A stretch of DNA of 64,000 nt from Nostoc sp. DedSLP01 (lineage in GTDB: Bacteria; Cyanobacteriota; Cyanobacteriia; Cyanobacteriales; Nostocaceae): the NCBI GenBank assembly GCA_034530875.2, contig JAVRCJ020000024.1:63048-127047 (forward strand), given 5' to 3'. The notes below the pieces were generated by a model. The model saw only the letters and a list, made by a program, of their open reading frames with translations, searched no databases and had not been told where the DNA came from. The position numbers were made by a program, and so were the translations under genes. Below are positions 20,686-28,992 of the stretch, piece after piece. Position 1 is the stretch's first letter. Each line of letters begins with the position of its first letter.

Positions 20686-22038
20686 TTAAGTTTCATCTTC
20701 AGTGTTCGATTTATCTTGATTTGCTGCTGGTTGAAAAAGTTTTAAATCTGCTTTTAAAAAGTCGATAAACTGTCGTGCTGTGCGTCCAGAACGACCATTG
20801 TGGCGAGTCGCCCACTGTAATGCTTGATATTTCAATTCTTCTGGGGTAATATTAATTTCAGCTTGTGCTGCTAGGTGGCGAACAATATTTAAATAGGTGT
20901 CTTGGTTCGCTGGTTCAAAGGTCAAGGTTAAACCAAAGCGATCGCTAAACGAAAGCTTTTCCTGCATCGTATCCCAAGCATGGATTTCATCGTTATCCTT
21001 GGGCGCTGGCCTATCCACAAAAAACTCCCGAATCAAATGACGGCGATTAGAAGTAGCATATACCACTACATTTTGCGGTCGTGCAGTTAAATTACCCTCT
21101 AACACTACCTTCAGTGCTTTAAAAGCATCATCATCTTCTTCAAATGAAAGGTCATCGACAAAAATAATAAACTTTTGTGGCACTCCCCGTAAATGTTCCA
21201 CAATTTCTGGTAAATCTTTTAAATCAGATTTTGCGACTTCCACCAAACAAAGAGAGCGTTCCTTATATTCATTTAATAAAGCTTTCACTAAAGAAGATTT
21301 TCCCGAACCACGACTGCCATAAAGTAATACATGTAGTGCCATTTCTCCTGATAATAAAAACTCTGTATTCTTGAGTAAAGTATCTCGCTGAGACTCGTAA
21401 CCCACAAGCGTACTAAGCTTAATCGGATCTGGATATCGAATACCGATAAACTGTCCACCTTGCCAGCGAAAAGCGCGATATTGTGCAAATAAACCAGAAC
21501 CATATCGTTGATAATAAGCTGCTAAGTCTTCTACAGCATCACCCCAATTGTCTAACTCGTGTAGGTATGTAGCAAATGCTGGCTGTACTGCTAGCTTTTT
21601 AGGTTCCTCATACCAGACTACTGGTGAAATCGGTATATGAGCAACAGTTTGCACCCACTCACTCAAAGAAGCGCTGCTACATTCATAAAGGCTTTGCAAA
21701 ACTTGTAAATCGTGCTGCACTGCTGCTATTAAAGCTGGGGGTAAGTCGTCAAATTTTCGTTGTTGAGCGAGTCTGGTAAAAGGATTATCAGAAAAGAGAA
21801 TTTCAGTAATTATATAATCTTCCCAGTTTTGATTTCTCGCAGCCAAAGCATGAAAATAACTGCCGTAGGCTAAAAGACAACCGCGTGCATCGGCGTCAGT
21901 GTAACGTATAGCTTGCAACAGTTCAAGAAATGCCATCCCGACTTCGCCTTCCAGAACAGACTGGTAGAGTAAAAGTGAGGCTGCTTGGCGCTGGAGATAT
22001 TGAACTTTTGTATGGGAGGAAGTACTGGCCATTGGCAT
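20686..22038 (-). CDS. DUF815 family AAA+ ATPase
   Basis: AFRWQ, LLYGSRGSGKSSLVKA, FVDDLSFE, YATSNRRHL, EKLSFSDRFGL, GRSGRTARQF. Confidence 0.9.
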   Translation of the reverse strand: MPMASTSSHTKVQYLQRQAASLLLYQSVLEGEVGMAFLELLQAIRYTDADARGCLLAYGSYFHALAARNQNWEDYIITEILFSDNPFTRLAQQRKFDDLPPALIAAVQHDLQVLQSLYECSSASLSEWVQTVAHIPISPVVWYEEPKKLAVQPAFATYLHELDNWGDAVEDLAAYYQRYGSGLFAQYRAFRWQGGQFIGIRYPDPIKLSTLVGYESQRDTLLKNTEFLLSGEMALHVLLYGSRGSGKSSLVKALLNEYKERSLCLVEVAKSDLKDLPEIVEHLRGVPQKFIIFVDDLSFEEDDDAFKALKVVLEGNLTARPQNVVVYATSNRRHLIREFFVDRPAPKDNDEIHAWDTMQEKLSFSDRFGLTLTFEPANQDTYLNIVRHLAAQAEINITPEELKYQALQWATRHNGRSGRTARQFIDFLKADLKLFQPAANQDKSNTEDET

Positions 22039-22136
22039 TGCTTGATTATCGATCGACTGGGTGATGTAGCTAGATAGCTATGGTAAATTGTCTGCTGACC
22101 CTGGCAGCAAAATCAAAATCTACATAGGTTTTAACA

Positions 22137-22457
22137 ATGAATTTAAGTATAATCGCTGCTTTTGCTTACGGGATATTGGCGATCGCTGGTGGCATTATTG
22201 GCTATATTCAAGCTAGAAGTCAGATTTCGCTCCTCAGTGGTACTATTAGCGGTTTATTACTAATTATTGCCGCTTACCTCCAACTCCAAGGACAAGCTCA
22301 AGGTTTAATTTTAGCCGTTTTGGTTACCGCTGTTTTAGTAGTATTCTTTGCCTTTAGACTCGCTAAAACGCGCAAGTTTATGCCTGCGGGATTGATGACT
22401 GTTTTAGGTATGCTGGCGCTGGCGGTGATGGTGAATGAAGTTGCGGCCATCAAGTAG
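22137..22457 (+). CDS. TMEM14 family small membrane protein
   Basis: YGILAIAGGIIGY...S..SL.SG, RLAKTRKFMPAGL. Confidence 0.85.
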   Translation: MNLSIIAAFAYGILAIAGGIIGYIQARSQISLLSGTISGLLLIIAAYLQLQGQAQGLILAVLVTAVLVVFFAFRLAKTRKFMPAGLMTVLGMLALAVMVNEVAAIK

Positions 22458-22954
22458 CACCAGCCTGAAAGTTCCTAACCACCCTCCTGTTTTTTGACAT
22501 AGCATTACTCTTCCTGTTGTGAGTACTTGTATTAGTACATTTATATTACAGGAGAGTTGCTATCCTTGCCTAATATTTTGTACTGTAAGAGCAGGCGCGC
22601 ACAGATGTCATTGGTGTCAACTTAACGTCAAACCAATGTCCCGCAAGGAAATGAAGTTCCTTGCTCATAGTAAAAGTCATTTAAAGATTACTAAATATAC
22701 ACAAAATTCTTGAGTCTACTTCACTAGACTGTCTTCTATTAGCCTGGGAATTGATTCCCAGATGCGTGACTTAATACTACGAACACTAATTAATATTGAT
22801 ACTGTGAACTCTTCATGAAATCAAAATCAAATAGCCGTCATTTCATCAATGAAATATCAATCATAAAAACAGGTAAGTTTGCGGCTTTCAACTGCGATTG
22901 AGATTCTTTAGCATGAAAGTCGAAACGAACCCAAGATTTTCCCAGGAATGACCG

Positions 22955-23752
22955 ATGAATAAGCATCTTTCTACTAACGCTTTGGCTATTTTCGTTAGTT
23001 TGCTTGGCGTATGTTCTTTTATCGCACCTGCTTCAGCTTTGACAGGTATAATCAAAACAATCACACAGACTCCAGTTACTAAAACAGTAGAAAGTGTCAC
23101 CCAAACCACTAGCACTACTCAAGTTGGAAACAACGTTACGGCTGCTGTCCAACAAACAACTAATACTACTGTTGGGCAAGTGGTAGGAGTTGCAAGCAAT
23201 TCGCAAACCACTAGCACTACTCAAGTTGGAAACAACATTACAGCTACTGTCCAAGAGACAACTAATACTACTGTAGGTAAAGTGGCAGGAGTTGGAACCG
23301 ATTCTACAACAACTGCACAACTAGACCCAAGTCAAATTAAGCTACCGTCCCTGGATAATCTAGCACAGACTGTTCAAACCACTGGTGGAGCTACGGTTGG
23401 AATTCAAAGCAATCAACAAAGCACTCAAGCTGATGCAGAAGCCAACCTGGGAGTAAAAATCGGTGATTTTGCCACAGCAGGTATTTGTTTAGACGCCAGT
23501 GCAACTTTAGGAATTTTGAATCAAGATAGTTCAGCTAATTGTCCCAAAGATGTTAAAACCCCACCGACTGTAGTTGAAACTCCACCTGCTGTAATTGAAA
23601 CCCCACCGACTGTAGTTGAAACTCCCTACTATGTTCCTATTAAAGTTCCATCCGTTAGCGTTGATGTTAATTCTGTTCCAGAACCTGCAACTCTTGGAGG
23701 ACTTGCTTTGTTAGGAGTTTACTTTACTTCCCGCCGTCGTCAAATCTCTTAA
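22955..23752 (+). CDS. Thr-rich secreted PEP-CTERM sorting domain protein
   Basis: Signal peptide ending ASA; C-terminal VPEPATLGGLALLG..RRR; internal repeats. Confidence 0.88.
   Translation: MNKHLSTNALAIFVSLLGVCSFIAPASALTGIIKTITQTPVTKTVESVTQTTSTTQVGNNVTAAVQQTTNTTVGQVVGVASNSQTTSTTQVGNNITATVQETTNTTVGKVAGVGTDSTTTAQLDPSQIKLPSLDNLAQTVQTTGGATVGIQSNQQSTQADAEANLGVKIGDFATAGICLDASATLGILNQDSSANCPKDVKTPPTVVETPPAVIETPPTVVETPYYVPIKVPSVSVDVNSVPEPATLGGLALLGVYFTSRRRQIS
23102..23296 (+). repeat. 102-bp (34-aa) tandem duplication within the PEP-CTERM gene; also three 21-bp TPP(T/A)V(V/I)E repeats at about 23557-23626
   Basis: CAAACCACTAGCACTACTCAAGTTGGAAACAAC at 23102 and 23204. Confidence 0.85.
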
Positions 23753-23776
23753 TTTAGAACATACATTCCGCAGTCC

Positions 23777-23883
23777 TAAGTAGGAGGCAGGAGGCAGTTA
23801 TTGCTGGAGGCAGAAGGTAAAACCCTCAATAGTAAAAGGTTTCGCTCCTTTGGATTTTACATTTAATTATGTCCGCCTACTTA
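23777..23883. mobile_element. MITE-like element
   Basis: Inverted termini TAAGTAGGAGG / CCGCCTACTTA. Confidence 0.45.
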
Positions 23884-24081
23884 ACAATATATTCAGAGGC
23901 TAAAATAAAGCGCATCTTGTCAACTAGTTAAAATACTCAAAAGAGTTTTAATCAAAATGATAATTCTGCGTTAGAAAGGGGGCAAGGAGTGTTGCACCCT
24001 TTTTTATTTTCAGTCTCAAAGCTTGGGGTCAAGGCTATTTTACTTATGAATTCTGAATTCTGAATTCTGAATTCTGCTCTA

Positions 24082-24486
24082 TTATTTATTCCCTTGAGCA
24101 ACCCGCGCTTCAATATCTTCTAATGTTTGTAATAATAAACGCCTTGCTTGCAATTGCCAACCCCATTTTTGAATTCTGTAAGCTGATACAGTCCCACCTA
24201 CGGCGGCTAACAAACCTATAGGTTGATTTAGAGAAATTCCCAGTAACAAACCTAACCCAGCGATTCCCCAAAATGGTAAGGCTACTGTTTGTCTTTGTTC
24301 TTCGACAATTTGGGTAATCATATTAGATTTATTTGTAGCTAATAATGCCTCTTTTACTTGTCGCTGTTCGGCTGCGGATACTGATAAACCTATTTTACGG
24401 CGTAGCTTTTCAATTTTCCGAGCATCAGTACTGTACTCAGTTAGCTCATCTTCTGCCATGAGCAGCAGTCTTTCTAATTGCCCCAT
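24082..24486 (-). CDS. Hypothetical membrane protein
   Basis: 134-aa ATG ORF with hydrophobic hairpin (PFWGIAGLGLLLGIS...). Confidence 0.75.
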   Translation of the reverse strand: MGQLERLLLMAEDELTEYSTDARKIEKLRRKIGLSVSAAEQRQVKEALLATNKSNMITQIVEEQRQTVALPFWGIAGLGLLLGISLNQPIGLLAAVGGTVSAYRIQKWGWQLQARRLLLQTLEDIEARVAQGNK

Positions 24487-24829
24487 TGTCGATTGTATCT
24501 AATATTACGATACAGCCATTATCTCGAATAATTGTTATTTTCGATCTATAGCTGGGCATTTCCTTGCACTATCCAAAATTATGCCAGGAGATTGGCTGCA
24601 AAATTTACAATTAAATATGGGAAACATATACTAGTCTTAAAACCGCCATAGATTAGAAATATACCGCTAATAGCCAAAGTCTTCTCAAGAGGAGTAAACA
24701 CTGTTGGCGTTATGTTTCTTAATAAACTTCAGCGGGATCAAGCTAAAAGCCTGTAATATTTATTTTCGGCTGAAAATTAGGTAGTAATAATTAGGAACTT
24801 TTAATACATAAAATCAAGAGGTAATACAC

Positions 24830-27307
24830 ATGGCTATAGTATCTACAAGCACTTTATCTCAATCTTCCAAAGAGCGATCGCTTATCCTCTGGTTTGATGA
24901 AGTTGGTATTAGTGATATTCCCTTAGTTGGTGGGAAAAATGCATCACTAGGTGAAATGATTCAACAACTAACACCCAAAGGTATTAACGTTCCGACAGGA
25001 TTTGCTACCACTGCTTATGCTTATCGTTATTTCATCGAATCAGCCGGGTTAGAAGCAAAGCTACGGGAATTATTTGCTGACTTGGATGTTGAGGATGTGA
25101 AAAATTTACGCGAACGAGGCAAAAAAGCGCGATCGCTATTAATCCACACGCCATTTCCTGTAGAATTGCGAAGAGCGATCGCCGCAGCTTATGAAAGTCT
25201 TTGCGATCGCTACAATGCAGATACAGATGTCGCCGTCCGTTCTAGTGCCACCGCTGAAGACCTCCCCGATGCCAGTTTTGCCGGGCAACAGGAAACTTAC
25301 CTTAACGTCGTCGGTGTCGAAGGAGTTTTAGCAGCTTGTCATAAATGCTTTGCTTCCATATTTACTGACCGCGCCATTTCCTATCGCCATACAAAAGGAT
25401 TCGATGACTTTAGCATCGCCCTCGCCGTTGGCGTACAAAAAATGGTGCGTTCTGATTTAGCAACCTCTGGTGTGATGTTCTCCATTGACACAGAAACCGG
25501 CTTTAAAGATGCAGCGCTAATTACAGCCGCCTACGGTTTAGGTGAAAACGTCGTCCAAGGGTCAGTAAATCCAGATGAATATTATGTTTTTAAACCGACT
25601 TTAAAAGCAGGTTTTCGCCCAATCATCGATAAAAAATTGGGCAGCAAAGAATTAAAAATGGTTTATGACGATGGCTCAAAATTTACTAAAAATGTCTCTG
25701 TTCCTTTCCGAGAAAGAGGTAAATTTGCCCTCAGCGATGCAGAGATTTTAGAATTAGCAAATTGGGCATGTTTAATTGAAGACCATTATTCCAAAACCCA
25801 CGGTATTTACACGCCAATGGATATCGAATGGGCAAAAGATGGAATAACTAACGAACTTTTTATCGTCCAAGCGCGTCCTGAAACAGTGCAATCGCAAAAG
25901 AAAGGAAATGTGCTGCGGACTTATCGGTTATTAGGGAATAGGGAATCGGGAATAGGGAATGGGGAAAAATCTTTCCACTCTCCACAGCCTCTTGTTACCG
26001 GGCGCGCAGTTGGAGAAGCAATTAGTCAAGGAAAAGTACGTTTAATTTTAGATGTACAAAAACTCGAACAGTTTCAACCAGGGGAAGTTTTAGTAACAGA
26101 AAGAACTGACCCAGATTGGGAACCAATTATGAAACGTGCCAGTGCAATTGTGACTAATTCTGGTGGTCGAACCTGTCATGCAGCGATTATTGCGCGAGAA
26201 TTGGGTGTACCTGCGATCGTTGGCTGTGGCAATGCTACAGATGTCTTAAAAAATGGGCAAGAAATCACAATTTCTTGTGCGGAAGGTGAAGAAGGAAAAG
26301 TTTACCCAGGTTTATTACCTTTTGAAGTTAAAGAAGTCGCCCTAGAAAACTTACCCCGCACTCGCACGCAAATTTTAATGAATGTGGGTAATCCCCAAGA
26401 AGCGTTAAGTTTATCGGCAATTCCCAACGATGGAGTCGGTTTAGCGCGGACAGAATTTATTATTGCTAACCAAATTCAAGTTCATCCAATGGCATTGATT
26501 CAATATGATGCATTAGAAGATGAATTTGTCAAAGATAAAATTGCGAAACTGACTGCACTTTATGAGGATAAACCTCAATATTTTGTAGATAAATTAGCTC
26601 AAGGTGTCGGTAGAATTGCCGCAGCATTTTATCCCAAACCAGTAATTGTGCGAATGTCAGATTTTAAGAGTAACGAATACGCAAATCTATTGGGCGGTCA
26701 ACAATTTGAACCAGATGAAGAAAACCCCATGCTCGGTTGGCGGGGGGCAGCGCGTTACTATGATGAAGGTTACAGAAAAGCTTTTGCCTTAGAATGTCAA
26801 GCCCTGAAGCGGGTGCGGGATGACATGGGTTTGACTAATGTTATTCCAATGATTCCTTTTTGTCGCACTCCCGACGAAGGACGGTTAGTGTTAGCAGAAA
26901 TGGCAAAAAATGGTTTAAAGCAAGGCGTTAATGACTTGCAAGTTTATGTGATGTGCGAATTGCCCAGCAATGTGATTATGGCTGAAGAGTTTGCTGAGGT
27001 ATTTGATGGTTTTTCTATTGGTTCCAACGACCTAACTCAGCTGACATTGGGGTTAGATAGAGATTCGGCTTTGGTAGCGCGGTTGTTTGACGAACGGAGT
27101 GAGGGTGTGAAGCGAATGGTCAAAATGGCTATAGAAACTGCGAAAAAATGCGATCGCAAAATCGGCATTTGCGGACAAGCACCAAGCGATTACCCAGAAT
27201 TTGCCCAGTTTTTAGTCGAACAGGGAATTGATTCTATTAGTTTAAATCCAGATTCGGTGTTAAAGACAATGTTAGAAGTGGCAAAAGTTGAAGATACTAA
27301 TTTGTAA
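24830..27307 (+). CDS. ppsA: Phosphoenolpyruvate synthase
   Basis: VGGKNASLGE, VAVRSSATAED, SFAGQ, GGRTCHAAII phospho-His, DGFSIGSNDL, ICGQ. Confidence 0.97.
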   Translation: MAIVSTSTLSQSSKERSLILWFDEVGISDIPLVGGKNASLGEMIQQLTPKGINVPTGFATTAYAYRYFIESAGLEAKLRELFADLDVEDVKNLRERGKKARSLLIHTPFPVELRRAIAAAYESLCDRYNADTDVAVRSSATAEDLPDASFAGQQETYLNVVGVEGVLAACHKCFASIFTDRAISYRHTKGFDDFSIALAVGVQKMVRSDLATSGVMFSIDTETGFKDAALITAAYGLGENVVQGSVNPDEYYVFKPTLKAGFRPIIDKKLGSKELKMVYDDGSKFTKNVSVPFRERGKFALSDAEILELANWACLIEDHYSKTHGIYTPMDIEWAKDGITNELFIVQARPETVQSQKKGNVLRTYRLLGNRESGIGNGEKSFHSPQPLVTGRAVGEAISQGKVRLILDVQKLEQFQPGEVLVTERTDPDWEPIMKRASAIVTNSGGRTCHAAIIARELGVPAIVGCGNATDVLKNGQEITISCAEGEEGKVYPGLLPFEVKEVALENLPRTRTQILMNVGNPQEALSLSAIPNDGVGLARTEFIIANQIQVHPMALIQYDALEDEFVKDKIAKLTALYEDKPQYFVDKLAQGVGRIAAAFYPKPVIVRMSDFKSNEYANLLGGQQFEPDEENPMLGWRGAARYYDEGYRKAFALECQALKRVRDDMGLTNVIPMIPFCRTPDEGRLVLAEMAKNGLKQGVNDLQVYVMCELPSNVIMAEEFAEVFDGFSIGSNDLTQLTLGLDRDSALVARLFDERSEGVKRMVKMAIETAKKCDRKIGICGQAPSDYPEFAQFLVEQGIDSISLNPDSVLKTMLEVAKVEDTNL

Positions 27308-27326
27308 TTCCTAATTGGAGTAATGT

Positions 27327-27761
27327 ATGCCAGTTAGTAAACGCTATCATGAGAACGTCAAAAATGCCCTCATCAAAGATGGCTGGACGATTACCGACGA
27401 TCCTTTTCATCTGAAGTGGGGAAAAAAGGATATGTATGTTGACCTGGGTGTAGAAAAAGTAATTGCTGCTGAAAAGGAAGGACACCGGATAGCTGCTGAG
27501 ATTAAGACATTTCGCACTGTATCCGACATGACCGATCTTGAGCAGGCACTAGGGCAATATCTTGCATACCGTTCTGTGATGATTAGAACCAATCCCGATC
27601 GCGTCCTCTATCTTGCCGTTCGTGACGAAGTGTACGCTGATATCTTTGAGGAACCAATTGCTAAACTTTTGGTAGAAGATTACAAAGTTAATGTCGTTGT
27701 ATTTCAGCTAGAACAAGAGGTTATTTTCAGATGGATACCTTGGAGCAATACAGGCACTTAA
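27327..27761 (+). CDS. xisH: XisH family protein
   Basis: H..VKNALIKDGWTITDDP, YVDLG.EK.IAAE, EIK.F, LEQALGQY, R.LYLAV. Confidence 0.9.
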   Translation: MPVSKRYHENVKNALIKDGWTITDDPFHLKWGKKDMYVDLGVEKVIAAEKEGHRIAAEIKTFRTVSDMTDLEQALGQYLAYRSVMIRTNPDRVLYLAVRDEVYADIFEEPIAKLLVEDYKVNVVVFQLEQEVIFRWIPWSNTGT

Positions 27762-28090
27762 TTCGGAATATTCTCATTGAACATACAAAAATTCCGTTCA
27801 GTACTGGCAATATTCGATTTGAAACAGTTTTCGACAGGGAACAAGACCGCTATCTGTTAATGATTTTGGGAAGAGAACCAGCATACGATTTGTCTCCTGA
27901 TATCACTCGCCGCGTGCATGGTTGTCTGATTCACGTTGATATTATTGATGATAAAATTTGGATTCAACGTGATGGTACTGAAGAGGGTATTGCAACAGAA
28001 TTTCTCAGTGCAGGTATACCAAAGGATCGGATTGTATTAGGATTTCGGTCTGAGGAACTCAGGAAAGATTCCGAATTTGCTGTTGCATAA
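27731..28090 (+). CDS. xisI: XisI family protein
   Basis: MDTLEQYR, VHGCLIHVDII..KIWIQRDGTEEGIA, GIPKDRIVLGF; overlaps xisH end. Confidence 0.9.
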   Translation: MDTLEQYRHLIRNILIEHTKIPFSTGNIRFETVFDREQDRYLLMILGREPAYDLSPDITRRVHGCLIHVDIIDDKIWIQRDGTEEGIATEFLSAGIPKDRIVLGFRSEELRKDSEFAVA

Positions 28091-28170
28091 CCAATTCAAT
28101 GACCAGCAATTATGTATTATGCTTGTGTAATTGGCTTATTGCTTTTGACTGCTCAACCATAACTATCTTA

Positions 28171-28323
28171 GAGGGTGTTTGTAAACTTCACCGTTGTATC
28201 AATATTTCCCCAAATAAGCCTTATAAAGGGAGAAATAAACTTCTTAAATTTTCCTTTTTCAGGATAAAAAGAAGAGGCATCTACAGTTTTGGTTACCTTA
28301 GTCACCACTTTTAAAACATCCTC
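28171..28323. mobile_element. 153-bp MITE with TTA target-site duplication (IS5-like ends)
   Basis: TTA|GAGGGTGTTTGTAAACT ... ACTTTTAAAACATCCTC|TTA; TIRs 13/17. Confidence 0.7.
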
Positions 28324-28366
28324 TTAATATCTTGCAAAATAGTCAATTTGTTTAGTCAAAGCGAAA

Positions 28367-28915
28367 ATGACAAACCTGTTGGAAACCGATCGCTTAATAA
28401 TTCGCAGTTGGATACCCGAACGCGATGCCGAACAAGCGTTTGCTATTTATAGTGACTCGGAGGTTACATATTTTCTGGGTAACGGTTCTCGCGTGACAAG
28501 CATTGAGTCACAGCGTCAGCGCTTAATGGATAATGTGGAGCGATGGCAACGACGCAATAATGGTAGCGGCTCCTGGGCAATTATCGAAAAGGAAACTACA
28601 ACAATTGTGGGAACTATTCTTCTCAAACAATTGCCAGACAAAGACGGCCTAGCTACTCAAGATTATGAAGTAGGCTGGCACTTACGACGAGCATCTTGGG
28701 GTAAAGGATATGCAACCGAAGCCGGACGAGCTATGCTCAACTACGGATTTAATGTCTTGAATTTGCCAATAATTTATGCAGTAGTGAAGCCAGAAAATCA
28801 TGCTTCAATCCGGGTGACGCAAAGACTGGGTATGAAACCAATAGGACGGACAAAAAAGTATTACGGTATTGAATTGCTCTTATTTGAACAAAATGCACCG
28901 GGAGGTAGGGAATAG
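28367..28915 (+). CDS. GNAT family N-acetyltransferase (RimJ/RimL-like)
   Basis: LETDRLIIR, EVGW, WGKGYATEA, N.ASIRV..RLGM. Confidence 0.9.
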   Translation: MTNLLETDRLIIRSWIPERDAEQAFAIYSDSEVTYFLGNGSRVTSIESQRQRLMDNVERWQRRNNGSGSWAIIEKETTTIVGTILLKQLPDKDGLATQDYEVGWHLRRASWGKGYATEAGRAMLNYGFNVLNLPIIYAVVKPENHASIRVTQRLGMKPIGRTKKYYGIELLLFEQNAPGGRE

Positions 28916-28935
28916 GGAGATGGGGAGATGGGAAA

Positions 28936-28992
28936 ATGACTAATGACTAATGACCAATGACTAATGATTAATAACTAATGACTAATGACTAA
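28936..28992. repeat. STRR2-type heptamer array (AATGACT/AATGACC)
   Basis: About 8 tandem units ending in the start codon of the next gene. Confidence 0.85.

Noticed and set aside
27327..28090. fdxN-type excision element
   Set aside because: No recombinase and no interrupted host gene; ppsA and the GNAT gene are intact
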